Below, piece after piece: positions 44,740-54,356 of a stretch of 64,000 bases of DNA. The position numbers and the translations under genes are program-made. The DNA lies in NCBI GenBank assembly GCA_036164375.1, contig JAYZJO010000065.1, forward strand, positions 3,810-67,809, written 5' to 3'. The notes under the pieces were generated by a model. It saw only the letters and a list, made by a program, of their open reading frames with translations. It ran no database searches and was not told the origin of the DNA. The stretch comes from Chlamydiota bacterium (GTDB lineage Bacteria; Chlamydiota; Chlamydiia; Chlamydiales; Criblamydiaceae). Numbering within the stretch: position 1 is the stretch's first letter; each line of letters starts with the position of its first letter.

Positions 44740-46175
44740 GATTCACCCTCGGACTCAACAATTCTTGGTTTTAGAACGATCGTATTAAATATATTGATCA
44801 CGAACAAGATGTTAGCAATAAGAATAATGCTTCCGCCTATTGCTCTTAAAGTCCACCATGGTCGCATTTCGGCAACTGTTTCTAGGAATGGCATCATCGT
44901 TAAATTGTTATGAAATTGTGCATAACTTGTTCCATCAGCCCAGGTTGCCCATAACATTCCTTGAAAGAACCCGCCAACCCATAAAGCGGTAATAAACGGA
45001 AGGCTCCCCAGCAAATTTAGGGAGAAATGCCAGTCGGCTAGTCGCTTAGACCAAAGTGGCTTTCCTGTCATACCCGGGAGAGCTTGATAGATGCCGGCAA
45101 TTGCAAAGTAGGTAAAACTTCCGTATAGGGCAATATGTGCATGACCAATAATCCAGTCAGTTTTTGAGGTAATTTCGTTGATGTTTCTTAAAGCTTGAAC
45201 GGGTCCTTGTATGCACGTTAAAAGATAAAAGACAGTACCGATCATGATAAAGCGAACGGGGGCACTTTGAGTATATTTACTCCACTCTCCTCGCATCGTT
45301 AAAAAGAGGTTGGTAATAACTGAAAACACGGGAATGAATAGCCATAAAGAAAAGACGATCGATGTCGTTTGAAGCCATTGTGTCATTGGGCCGTGAATAA
45401 TGTGGTGAGCTCCGACCCAAGCATAGACAAAAGCAATCGACCAGAACCCGATCATCGAAAGCCTATGACTGTAAATTGGAGTGTTTACTAGCTTAGGTAA
45501 GGAATAATAAGCAGAGGCTAGCCCCATAGGTGTAAAAATAAGACCGACTAAATTATGAACATAGAAAAAACTGAGGTTTACCCGAGATATTCCCCCGGGA
45601 AGAAGATACATTGCCCAGCTACCAGCAACAAATGTGAATGTTGTCCAAATTGCTGTACCCATTGTGTACCAAAGGGAAACATACATTTGCTTGTACTTTC
45701 TGTTGGCGATTGTCATGAAGATGTTGACGACGACTAAAAGCCAGGCAAGGGTTACCATCGTTTTAACGGGAATAATCCATACAAAGTTGGGAAGCTCAGC
45801 ATATTCCCATCCATAGTTTGTGCCCCAGGGGTATGAAAATTCCCCTAATATTAGACCCGGCCACCAAAGGGCAGCGCTGAGATAGGCGAGTTTTGGGCTC
45901 CAAAGTCCCACACCACACAGTCTTTGTATAAAGTAGTAGATTAAGCCGATATCGGCAGAAAGCAGCCACAGCAGTGTCACAGTACCTACGTGTGTAGGTC
46001 TTACGCGCCCAAAGTGTACGTATTCTCCTTGAAAGTAGTCGGGAAACACAAAGCCATTAAAAGCGATGAATACCCCCACAGACATGCCCACAACCATAAA
46101 AAGTACGGCTGGAAATATCATTAATTTACTTGGTAAGTCGTTGTATGTTGTTGTCATATCCCAATCCTCAGTCAC
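44736..46175 (-). CDS. ccoN: cbb3-type cytochrome c oxidase subunit I (CcoN)
   Basis: 479 aa with about 12 TM segments. Haem-copper oxidase His motifs are present (GAHHIIHGPMTQWLQT, GHAHIALYGSFTYF). Its stop overlaps the ccoO start (ATGA). Confidence 0.85.
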   Translation of the reverse strand: MTEDWDMTTTYNDLPSKLMIFPAVLFMVVGMSVGVFIAFNGFVFPDYFQGEYVHFGRVRPTHVGTVTLLWLLSADIGLIYYFIQRLCGVGLWSPKLAYLSAALWWPGLILGEFSYPWGTNYGWEYAELPNFVWIIPVKTMVTLAWLLVVVNIFMTIANRKYKQMYVSLWYTMGTAIWTTFTFVAGSWAMYLLPGGISRVNLSFFYVHNLVGLIFTPMGLASAYYSLPKLVNTPIYSHRLSMIGFWSIAFVYAWVGAHHIIHGPMTQWLQTTSIVFSLWLFIPVFSVITNLFLTMRGEWSKYTQSAPVRFIMIGTVFYLLTCIQGPVQALRNINEITSKTDWIIGHAHIALYGSFTYFAIAGIYQALPGMTGKPLWSKRLADWHFSLNLLGSLPFITALWVGGFFQGMLWATWADGTSYAQFHNNLTMMPFLETVAEMRPWWTLRAIGGSIILIANILFVINIFNTIVLKPRIVESEGES

Positions 46176-46323
46176 ACAGTAATTTTAAGATATTTCTTGA
46201 TGCAAGACAAGGTGTTTTTTGGATTTATCGCAATCTCATTAAAAATCTATCTATTAAAACTCGGTTCGAGCAATCGTTTAGAAACTTTTTTTGTAAGATC
46301 TTTAGTATTGTTTTCAAGCGCCG

Positions 46324-49300
46324 CTACTGTTTGTTGCTTTCAAACCTTTTAACCAGTTCAGCCTGACGCTGCTCCGATCTTACAGAGGCGCCTATCGATG
46401 AGATCGTTTTGATTTTTAACTTTTGTAGAGAGTCTGTTTTACTTTTAATCTCATCTATTTTTTCTTGAACCTCTGGGGATTGTATTTTTCCCTGTTCTTG
46501 TGTTTTTTGTTTTTCAAGTGACTCTATTTTCCTGTCGATGTTTTCGATCATGCTGTTCTTTATCTCAGCGATTTTTTCTTCGGGTAGTGTTTTTATTCCT
46601 AGGTTGCCGTCGATATATTGAAACTGTTCGTTTTCAAGGTCAACTAGTCGATAGAAGTCTTGAGTGATCTCATCGGCGTTTTGCTGTGAAATTACAGCTA
46701 ATCCGAGATCCATCATAATCGCTTTTTCATTTTTTATTTCTTCAATCAATTCCTGAAGAGTTTGGTCGATAACTTCAAGCTTTTTGAGTTGTAGTATCAA
46801 TGCGAGTTCTTTTTGATACGCTGCTAAGGCTTCAGAGCTTTCAGCACTACCCGTTTTCACTTGAGAGTGTAGGGCTACTTGATTTTCTTTTGTTTCATCA
46901 AGTTCTTTTTGAACTTTAGATAGTTTGGGGTACTCCTGAATGCGGATATTTTCAATAAGAATTTCTGATTCATTGAACGCTTTGTAGAGCGATGTTAACA
47001 ACGCCCCGCGTTTTTTTGCTTCTGAACTCAATGTGCGTATATACATCACCAGTTGCATCCGTTGCAGGGAGCTTGTTTGGTCGCCCCAAGGCGTCATAGA
47101 GGTTCCTTGAACGCCGTATTTAATTGAACGTAGAAGTCTTAAGTCATCTCTCGTATCGAGCCAGTCTAGGTTAGTAAGCATTCGAGGTTTGGCGTCGACC
47201 ATAGCTCCGGCTCTATCTCCCGTACCATCGGCTTCTCGACCGTGGCACACCGCACAGTTTAACTCAAAAAGGTACTGCCCTCTTTCTAGATTTTCTGGAG
47301 TGTAGAAGCGTTTTTTTATATAGTATCCATCTTCAGTTTTGTTGACGGGGTGCGGGATGATATCAAAGTACTCTTGTACCCCACTGTTTTGGTATACTTT
47401 TGGGTTAACATCGACGAAATAGTCCTCTTTTAGTTTGAGGCACGATAGTTCGGGGGATGGTGATTTCGACTTTTTATTATCGCTATCACTTTCGAGCTTG
47501 GTGCCTTCTTTTTTCATTTCGTTAATGACGTCTTCTGCTGTGTATTTCCACTTTGGTACATCTTCAGAGGTTCTGATGACTTTTGCCCCTGGCAATGATG
47601 AGTAAATCCAATCGACAAGTTGTTCGGTTTCATCGTTGCTGAGTACTGGTATACCGTCGGCCATCGGTTTGTCTTTACCAACTTCTCCCCAAGGAGGCAT
47701 AGGAGTTCCTTTGACTCCATGAACAATTGATTCGTAGACTTTTTCACGTGTTAGATTGCGTAGGAAGTCTGCATTTCTGAGGCTCTTTGGTATTGGATAA
47801 ATCCACTCTGATACCGGACCATTTCCTTGAAGAAATTCTCCATGGCACTGTGCGCAGTGGATGTCGTATGCTTGTTTTGGGTTGAATCCTTTGTTTTCCC
47901 AAATTTGTCGCACTTCGTCGCGGTTTCTTACTCCAAGCACGTCGAGCATATAGGTTAATGCATAGAATTTATTGTTGCTAAAGGGGAGTACAGGCATAAT
48001 TGAGCGTGCAACGTGTGAGCTAGGATTTTTAAAGTGTTCCATTAGCCATTCGTCGGTTCTGTAGACACCTGCCCAATTGGGGCGTGGGCCTATGAGCCTT
48101 CCAAGCCCGTATTCTTGTACATACATCATGAGAATGCGGTGAACTCGCTCTTTCCACACCTTTTTTGCTTCTTCATCGTTTTCGAGCTCTGTGTTTTTAG
48201 CTCTTGAGGCAAATCTAAAGTTGGAGTAAAGGGAATCTATACTTTCGGGGTGCTTTTCTTTAATTTTTTCTAAGATAGAGTTTTCACGGACACCGTCGAC
48301 AATGCGCGCATCGATTTCATCTTTATGCTTTTCAATCGTGTGTACAATTTGCGATCCAGCAATTTCTTCGGGGAAGAGCTTTTGGAACCACTCTCTTTCG
48401 CTATATAGCGTTTCAAAGTCTACATCGGTATTTTTTTCTATTGCATAACCTACATCAGAGGTGTAGCCTTTTAGTCGATGACACGCAGCGCATCCCTCTA
48501 CAGCAAAAACCTCCATTGCATAGTCGAGATCGTGCATTTGAGCGGGCGAAGTGGGCTGCTCCCAGCTCATCAGCTTACCTGCTTCCCACTGTTGAATGGC
48601 GACTTTGTGGCCTGTATCGGACTCCATCTTTCTTTGCCCTTTTTGAGCCAACAGAAACGTCATTAAAGCTTCGAGCTCTTCGTGGTCGAGGTGAAAGTTG
48701 GGCATTGTCGAAGTTTTAAGGTCTGCTTGGGGCCAAGTCATCGATTCTTTAATAAACCAAGGATATTTATTGCCCTCTTCTGTCAGTTCGGGGCCAATCC
48801 CACCTCTAGAAAATCCAGCTATCCGATGACATGCGTAGCAGGCTTGAGAAATGTACAGTTTCTTTCCCCGCTGGTACGTTTTAGTTAAAAGATCGACATC
48901 AGAAACCATCGCAGAGATTGCTTTACGATCAGATGCGGCCTTTTGAAAGGATTGATCCGTATCCTGAACATGTTGAATTATCATTTTTTCTAAATTGATG
49001 GCCTCAGCTTTTTCAAAAAGAGAGCCTGTGGCACCTTCGCTTTCTTTGTTTGTGGCGATAAAGTTCTCTATTTCTTCGTCTGTAGTTACTCTCGACTTGA
49101 TCAATTTTTCAGCAAGAAGTTTTGACCCTAAGATATGAACAATGTCGTTGTTGATTTTGTCGATAAACTCTTTGGGGTTGCCTTGGTTTCTTCGCATGAT
49201 CTTGACTTGAGCTGCGATCTCTTCGAGTTCTTTCTCAGGAAGCGTATAGTCTTTTTCTTTGGAGCGTAGTTCACTGAAGGTCGTTGCAAAACCCTTATCA

Positions 49301-50298
49301 CTAATAGCTCTTTGCAATGTGATTAAAGATTGTAGCGAGTTAATTTCTGTCGTGTACGACTTTTTGATCGCATTAAATTTTGCAAGCCTTTGGTTGGCCG
49401 TGATGTTTGCGATATCGTACGCGCTTTGTAGCGCTCCGGCGCTGGTGTTGTGGCACTGTACACACTTTGACTCAATCAGCGATCCTACAAGAATAGGTGT
49501 TGTTTGAAAGAGGAGTTCGTGTCCGGGTTTATGATTAAAAACAGTTGAAAAAGTAGGATCGTTTTTAGGATCTTCCTCGAGAAATTGAGGCTCCGGTCCC
49601 ATAAACTCTTCGTGGTATTGACCATCAAATACTGGCCCGTGAGCTTTCGGGGTCGTAAGACCTCGGCCGTTTCCTCCGTGGCAGGAGGTACATCCGTATT
49701 CTTCGATGGGGTGTAAGTCAAATGGGCGCGTTTCTCTTCCTATGAGAGGGTGCATTGCTAGCACTTTCGTAACGTCGTAGGTTTGATCGCCAACAGTAAC
49801 AGTTTTTAGAGATTCATATTGATCGGCTTGTTTTAGGCGGCTATTAACTTCGCTTTGTTTTCCCTCTGCAATTAGCTGTTCGTTGGTTTGTTGATCTCTG
49901 AGATTGCTGATCGCTTGATCAAGTTTTCCCCATACATAATTTTCATTGGGAATCAGTATTGGAAAACCATCCGAGTCGAGGCGCATGTTGCCGTTAATAT
50001 CATAGTCGATTTTTGTTGGAGAAAAATGTTGAAACTTTAAGGCGACATGACAAGAAGTGCAGCGATCAATTTCTACAGGTCCATTATTTTTACTTTCCAG
50101 AACAATTTGCTTAACACCTTTAGCAAAAGGAGGAGGCGCTTCACCGGTGTATGTGGAGCGAAACGCCTCGAGGGCGACGTAATCGTTTTGGTATTCGCGG
50201 TATTCAGGGTAAATCTCTCGAAATAAAAACACGCCAAAAAGAGCGGCACAAATGACCCCCAAACTTATCAAAACAATCTGGTAGAGTTCTCCCCGCAT
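46324..50298 (-). CDS. Membrane-anchored heptahaem c-type cytochrome with a C-terminal coiled-coil tail
   Basis: 1324 aa with N-terminal TM segment LYQIVLISLGVICAALFGVFLF. There are seven CxxCH motifs (CTSCH x2, CVQCH, CYACH, CAACH, CAQCH, CAVCH). The last two domains resemble the CcoP dihaem module. The final ~234 aa are heptad-like and E/K/Q/L-rich. Confidence 0.8.
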   Translation of the reverse strand: MRGELYQIVLISLGVICAALFGVFLFREIYPEYREYQNDYVALEAFRSTYTGEAPPPFAKGVKQIVLESKNNGPVEIDRCTSCHVALKFQHFSPTKIDYDINGNMRLDSDGFPILIPNENYVWGKLDQAISNLRDQQTNEQLIAEGKQSEVNSRLKQADQYESLKTVTVGDQTYDVTKVLAMHPLIGRETRPFDLHPIEEYGCTSCHGGNGRGLTTPKAHGPVFDGQYHEEFMGPEPQFLEEDPKNDPTFSTVFNHKPGHELLFQTTPILVGSLIESKCVQCHNTSAGALQSAYDIANITANQRLAKFNAIKKSYTTEINSLQSLITLQRAISDKGFATTFSELRSKEKDYTLPEKELEEIAAQVKIMRRNQGNPKEFIDKINNDIVHILGSKLLAEKLIKSRVTTDEEIENFIATNKESEGATGSLFEKAEAINLEKMIIQHVQDTDQSFQKAASDRKAISAMVSDVDLLTKTYQRGKKLYISQACYACHRIAGFSRGGIGPELTEEGNKYPWFIKESMTWPQADLKTSTMPNFHLDHEELEALMTFLLAQKGQRKMESDTGHKVAIQQWEAGKLMSWEQPTSPAQMHDLDYAMEVFAVEGCAACHRLKGYTSDVGYAIEKNTDVDFETLYSEREWFQKLFPEEIAGSQIVHTIEKHKDEIDARIVDGVRENSILEKIKEKHPESIDSLYSNFRFASRAKNTELENDEEAKKVWKERVHRILMMYVQEYGLGRLIGPRPNWAGVYRTDEWLMEHFKNPSSHVARSIMPVLPFSNNKFYALTYMLDVLGVRNRDEVRQIWENKGFNPKQAYDIHCAQCHGEFLQGNGPVSEWIYPIPKSLRNADFLRNLTREKVYESIVHGVKGTPMPPWGEVGKDKPMADGIPVLSNDETEQLVDWIYSSLPGAKVIRTSEDVPKWKYTAEDVINEMKKEGTKLESDSDNKKSKSPSPELSCLKLKEDYFVDVNPKVYQNSGVQEYFDIIPHPVNKTEDGYYIKKRFYTPENLERGQYLFELNCAVCHGREADGTGDRAGAMVDAKPRMLTNLDWLDTRDDLRLLRSIKYGVQGTSMTPWGDQTSSLQRMQLVMYIRTLSSEAKKRGALLTSLYKAFNESEILIENIRIQEYPKLSKVQKELDETKENQVALHSQVKTGSAESSEALAAYQKELALILQLKKLEVIDQTLQELIEEIKNEKAIMMDLGLAVISQQNADEITQDFYRLVDLENEQFQYIDGNLGIKTLPEEKIAEIKNSMIENIDRKIESLEKQKTQEQGKIQSPEVQEKIDEIKSKTDSLQKLKIKTISSIGASVRSEQRQAELVKRFESNKQ

Positions 50299-50314
50299 AC
50301 AATCACCTACTTAT

Positions 50315-51640
50315 TTAATGCCTTGCAAATGTTTCGGTCCATGGCCATATCCAACCCCAGTTAGCACCGCGGAAAAATGTACCTACAATAATTAAAAGCC
50401 CTTGAAAAGTCATAAATGCCGTATATAAAAATATCGCTAAGTAGCGGCTTCGGTGAAACCACACCCCTTCCCCCTTGGGATTTCGATCTAGGTAGGGGAT
50501 TGCCATCAATCCAACGACTATTATTGCAGGAATTGCAACACCTCCCCAAAAAGCGTTGTAGGCGACCAGTTCTTGAAGGCCTAAAAAGTACCAAGGAGCT
50601 TTAGATGGATTCGGTGGGTTACTTGGGTTTGCCGGCTCTTCAAGAGGAGCATTTATAAATGCTAATACGAGAACAAGGGCTAGTGTTGCCATAAAAGCGA
50701 CGAGTTCAGCGCGGATGAGGTGTGGCCAAGTGAACACAAAATTATAGGGCCCTTTATCGACTGTCGGGCAAGTGCCGCGAACAAGCTCCATTAACCCGTA
50801 GGTGCGTTTGACGCCGGGGGCAAAAGATTCTTTGGTATCAGATCGCTGTATGACGCGGTAGGGGTCAGGGCGTAAGCGGTCGGGAGGACGCGATAACCCT
50901 CCATCTTTGCGGATGCGCCAAAAGTGCACACCGATAAGCGTTCCAGTAACGAGAGGTAAGAGCGCCACATGAAGGACGTAGAAACGAATGAGCGCATCCT
51001 GTCCAACCTCTGTCGAAGCGAGTAGCATGACTCTGTTGATATTATGTTCAAAACCCGGAATGTTAGGAGCGTATCCGGCAATGTTTGATCCGACGGTGAT
51101 CGCCCAAAAAGCTAGCTGGTCCCACGGAAGAAGGTAGCCTGTAAATGAAAGGAGCAGTGTCATCACCATAAGGATAACACCAATTACCCAATTAAACCTG
51201 CGTTCGCCTTTGTACGATCCGGTATAGAAGACGCGCGACATATGTAGAAACACAAAGAGCACCATCATATGCGCGCTCCAACGGTGCATATTTCGATACA
51301 TCATTGCAAAAGGAGTCGTGTCTTGCCAGTCTTTCATGATCTGATAGGCGCGGTCTTCAGCAGGTACGTAGTAGAACATCAAAAGGATGCCTGTGAAGAC
51401 AAGAATTAAAAAAAGGCTCGTCGTAATCGCTCCAAGGCCGAGAGTGTAGAATGGATCGAGAGAATTTTTATGGCACTTTACCGGGTGAAAATGGAGAAAG
51501 AAATTCTTAAAAACAATTTCAGATCTATCGACATCGTTATTTGGGTAGTTGTGACGAAAAATCGACCTAACGATAAGTTTGGGTAGGTTGGCGATATATT
51601 CAGGCCACGTTTCGCGGCGCTTCCCTTGAAAGACTGCCAT
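50315..51640 (-). CDS. Cytochrome b (fused b6-like N-terminal part plus subunit IV-like C-terminal part)
   Basis: 441 aa. Motifs are [44 protein letters not shown], and a PEWY-region analogue ([14 protein letters not shown]). Confidence 0.85.
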   Translation of the reverse strand: MAVFQGKRRETWPEYIANLPKLIVRSIFRHNYPNNDVDRSEIVFKNFFLHFHPVKCHKNSLDPFYTLGLGAITTSLFLILVFTGILLMFYYVPAEDRAYQIMKDWQDTTPFAMMYRNMHRWSAHMMVLFVFLHMSRVFYTGSYKGERRFNWVIGVILMVMTLLLSFTGYLLPWDQLAFWAITVGSNIAGYAPNIPGFEHNINRVMLLASTEVGQDALIRFYVLHVALLPLVTGTLIGVHFWRIRKDGGLSRPPDRLRPDPYRVIQRSDTKESFAPGVKRTYGLMELVRGTCPTVDKGPYNFVFTWPHLIRAELVAFMATLALVLVLAFINAPLEEPANPSNPPNPSKAPWYFLGLQELVAYNAFWGGVAIPAIIVVGLMAIPYLDRNPKGEGVWFHRSRYLAIFLYTAFMTFQGLLIIVGTFFRGANWGWIWPWTETFARH

Positions 51641-51667
51641 ATTGTTGAGCTCCAGTTTTCTATTATC

Positions 51668-52180
51668 TTATGCTGTTGGCGTATACCACGCCGCTTCCCA
51701 GTCTAGTGTTGTTTTTGCTTTGTCCACAATCAAGTCGCCAGAGGCCCCTTGGTAAACCGTATAAAAGTTGAGGTCTTGAGGGGCCGGACCCCCTGTAACT
51801 CTTCCCCATCGGTCGTAGGTCGATCCATGACAAGGACATGAGTATCCTGTTTCTACTGCATTAATTGTGCATCCTAGATGTGTACAAACAGCAGTTTGTA
51901 CGCGAACCTTTCCAGCTTTTGTTTCGACAAAAACTTTTTGTTTTGGATCAAAAACTTTTCCATCTTTTGCAAGAACCTCTTCGGGGCGTCCCAAAGAAAA
52001 AGAGCTTGGAGGCACTTTCATTGCATTTGGGTAAAGAAATCCAAGCATCGAAGCGCCAAACATTTGTCCAGCACCAACGAGGCAGGCCCCCACGCCCATA
52101 AGTGCGAGGAATGAACGTCTAGAGATTTTTGGATCCTTATCATCGGAATCAACATTGAGTGAGTTTCTATGTTTTGGCAC
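51668..52180 (-). CDS. Rieske [2Fe-2S] protein with a twin-arginine signal
   Basis: 170 aa with the Tat motif ISRRSFLALMG (coded at about 52106-52123). The cluster boxes are CTHLGCT and CPCHGS. Confidence 0.9.
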   Translation of the reverse strand: MPKHRNSLNVDSDDKDPKISRRSFLALMGVGACLVGAGQMFGASMLGFLYPNAMKVPPSSFSLGRPEEVLAKDGKVFDPKQKVFVETKAGKVRVQTAVCTHLGCTINAVETGYSCPCHGSTYDRWGRVTGGPAPQDLNFYTVYQGASGDLIVDKAKTTLDWEAAWYTPTA

Positions 52181-52189
52181 TACGTCTAC

Positions 52190-52327
52190 CTATTTGTTTT
52201 CTTCTTCTCGGAATAGTTGATATTTTACGTCTTCATTGTCATCAAACTGCCCTTGTCGCAGGTAGTAGATGTATGTTGCTATTCCCGCCAACCCCATCGC
52301 TATGGATATTGCAATATATACGATCAT
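52190..52327 (-). CDS. Unannotated 45-aa FixS/CcoS-like cbb3 maturation mini-protein
   Basis: My own translation is MIVYIAISIAMGLAGIATYIYYLRQGQFDDNEDVKYQLFREEENK. One TM segment is followed by the characteristic R-x-GQFDD motif. It is too short for the ORF track and sits 10 nt upstream of the Rieske gene. Confidence 0.6.
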   Translation of the reverse strand: MIVYIAISIAMGLAGIATYIYYLRQGQFDDNEDVKYQLFREEENK

Positions 52328-52389
52328 CGTTGTTATTTCTATTAAAATTTTAATTTTTGGTTTCTAACATCCATATTTACAAAAACCTC

Positions 52390-54264
52390 CTAGCCGATCC
52401 ATCGGAATGAGTAGTTCATCGCATCCATTGTCACTGCCTGGGTAGGACATTTTTCAGCACATAGCCCGCAGCGGATGCACAAGTCTTCATCTTTGAGCAT
52501 AGCCGACCCCATTACAGCGAGTTGCTCTTCTGTCATTTCTGAGCTATCGACACCATAAAAATTATCTGTTGCTCTTCGTAGGTTCCCTTCGCCGGCGTCT
52601 AAGTTAAGTTTGCTGATCGGAACGAGTTTTAGGCAATTACAAGGACATACATCGACACAACCGTTGCATTTGATACAGAGCTCTCCATTGAAGACGGGGC
52701 TTACGTGACACTGTAAGCAGCGGTTGGATTGCTCGTGTGCTTCCTCGTCGGTATAGTTGTTTTCAACCATATTATTATTGAGGACGCGTAGTTTTTCTGG
52801 CTGGTTACTCGGAAGTTGCCACTTTGTTCGTAAGTATGTTTTGTCTCGATGAGGAGATAACTCAGTAAACTCTCCGACAAACTCTTTGTAGGGACGTGTC
52901 CCTTGTAAGTCCGAATCGATAGCGCGCGCAGCTTCTTGACCATGACGTATTGCGGTAATAAATAGGGCGGCACCAAAAGCGGCGTCGCCACCCGCATATA
53001 CTTTATCGACAGTTGTTCGACCTGAGCCGATTTCGGTTTTGATAATGCCGCGATCGACAACTAGTTGGTCGCGTTTACTCCATCCCTTGAGAAAGCTCAT
53101 ATCCATTCCTTGACCGATAGCAAGAGCTATTGTGTCGCAAGGAATGACGTATTCGGCGTTTGGAACCATCTGCGGAGAAAATCGGCCGTTGTGGTCAAAC
53201 AGGGAGGTGATCTCTTGAACTTTCAGTCCGACAACTTTACCACTTTCATCGCGCATAACTTCTTTGGGGGCGAGACGATTGATCGTTTTGATTCCCTCTT
53301 CCATGCCATCTTCAATTTCAAATTCATCGGCAGTTTGTTCATCGCGGGTTTCTAAGCAGACCATGGTGACCGTTTTGGCTCCATTTCGTACAGAAGAGCG
53401 AGCGACGTCGTAAGCGACGTTACCGCCGCCGACAACAATAACATTGTCGCCAATTTTCCATTTCTGCTCAGCGCAACGGACGCGTAAGTATTCTATTCCT
53501 CTAATAATATCGGGCTGGTCGGCCCCTGGTATCGGTAGGTCTCGGGATTTCCATAATCCCACTCCAATAAAGATGGCGTCATATTTTTCGTCGAGCTCTT
53601 CCATGGTGATGTCGCGCCCGACTTTCATGTTGTAGTAGATTTTTGCACCGAGATGTTCGATGGCGCCACACTCAGCGATAGCGATATCATTTTTTAGGCG
53701 GTAGTTGGGAACGCCGTAGGTGAGCATGCCGCCGGGCATCCGCATCATTTCGTAGATATCGACTTCATAGCCAAGGCGTAGAAGGTCGTGCGCGCAGGTC
53801 ATCGATGCACATCCCGCTCCGATACAGGCAACTTTTAGTCCATTGGGTTTTGGTGTCGTTGTTCCGCGAGCATAGCTATATTCGAGCGATTTGATATGCG
53901 CCTCTTTGCTGAGTCCAAACCATTCGTCTAGATAGCGTTTTTGAGCGCGAATTGTGAGCGTTTTGTCGACGCGATCGCGGCGACAAGCCATTTCGCAAGG
54001 GGCCCCACAAATCATTCCACAGATCGATGCGAAAGGGTTGGGACCGCGCGCAATTTTATAACCTTCGAGTAGATCGCCGCGATGCAACGCTAGCATATAG
54101 CCTCTTGGGTCGGTATTTACCGGACAACCATCTCTACAGTCGATCTGCCGAAGATAGTAGTCTAAATCGGGAATGACGACGTCGTAGAGCTCTTTATATG
54201 TTTTTATTATTTCTTCATTATCGTCTGACATGTATCCACTCCAAGTCACAGGACTTATTCCCAA
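52390..54264 (-). CDS. GltD-like NAD(P)H-dependent flavin oxidoreductase fused to a 2x[4Fe-4S] ferredoxin domain
   Basis: 624 aa. The N-terminal Cys clusters are CRDGCPVNTDP and CGMICGAPCEMAC. Two dinucleotide folds are present (VACIGAGCASM, VIVVGGGNVAYDVA). The C-terminal part has CIKCNGCVDVCP and CIRCGLCAEKCP. Confidence 0.7.
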   Translation of the reverse strand: MGISPVTWSGYMSDDNEEIIKTYKELYDVVIPDLDYYLRQIDCRDGCPVNTDPRGYMLALHRGDLLEGYKIARGPNPFASICGMICGAPCEMACRRDRVDKTLTIRAQKRYLDEWFGLSKEAHIKSLEYSYARGTTTPKPNGLKVACIGAGCASMTCAHDLLRLGYEVDIYEMMRMPGGMLTYGVPNYRLKNDIAIAECGAIEHLGAKIYYNMKVGRDITMEELDEKYDAIFIGVGLWKSRDLPIPGADQPDIIRGIEYLRVRCAEQKWKIGDNVIVVGGGNVAYDVARSSVRNGAKTVTMVCLETRDEQTADEFEIEDGMEEGIKTINRLAPKEVMRDESGKVVGLKVQEITSLFDHNGRFSPQMVPNAEYVIPCDTIALAIGQGMDMSFLKGWSKRDQLVVDRGIIKTEIGSGRTTVDKVYAGGDAAFGAALFITAIRHGQEAARAIDSDLQGTRPYKEFVGEFTELSPHRDKTYLRTKWQLPSNQPEKLRVLNNNMVENNYTDEEAHEQSNRCLQCHVSPVFNGELCIKCNGCVDVCPCNCLKLVPISKLNLDAGEGNLRRATDNFYGVDSSEMTEEQLAVMGSAMLKDEDLCIRCGLCAEKCPTQAVTMDAMNYSFRWIG

Positions 54265-54356
54265 AGTATCAAAGCTTTTGTTTTAATGCAATTCTCTGAG
54301 TTGATCAAAAAATGGTCGGATACATTTCTTAACTTGTTTTTAGGAAAGATAATTTA

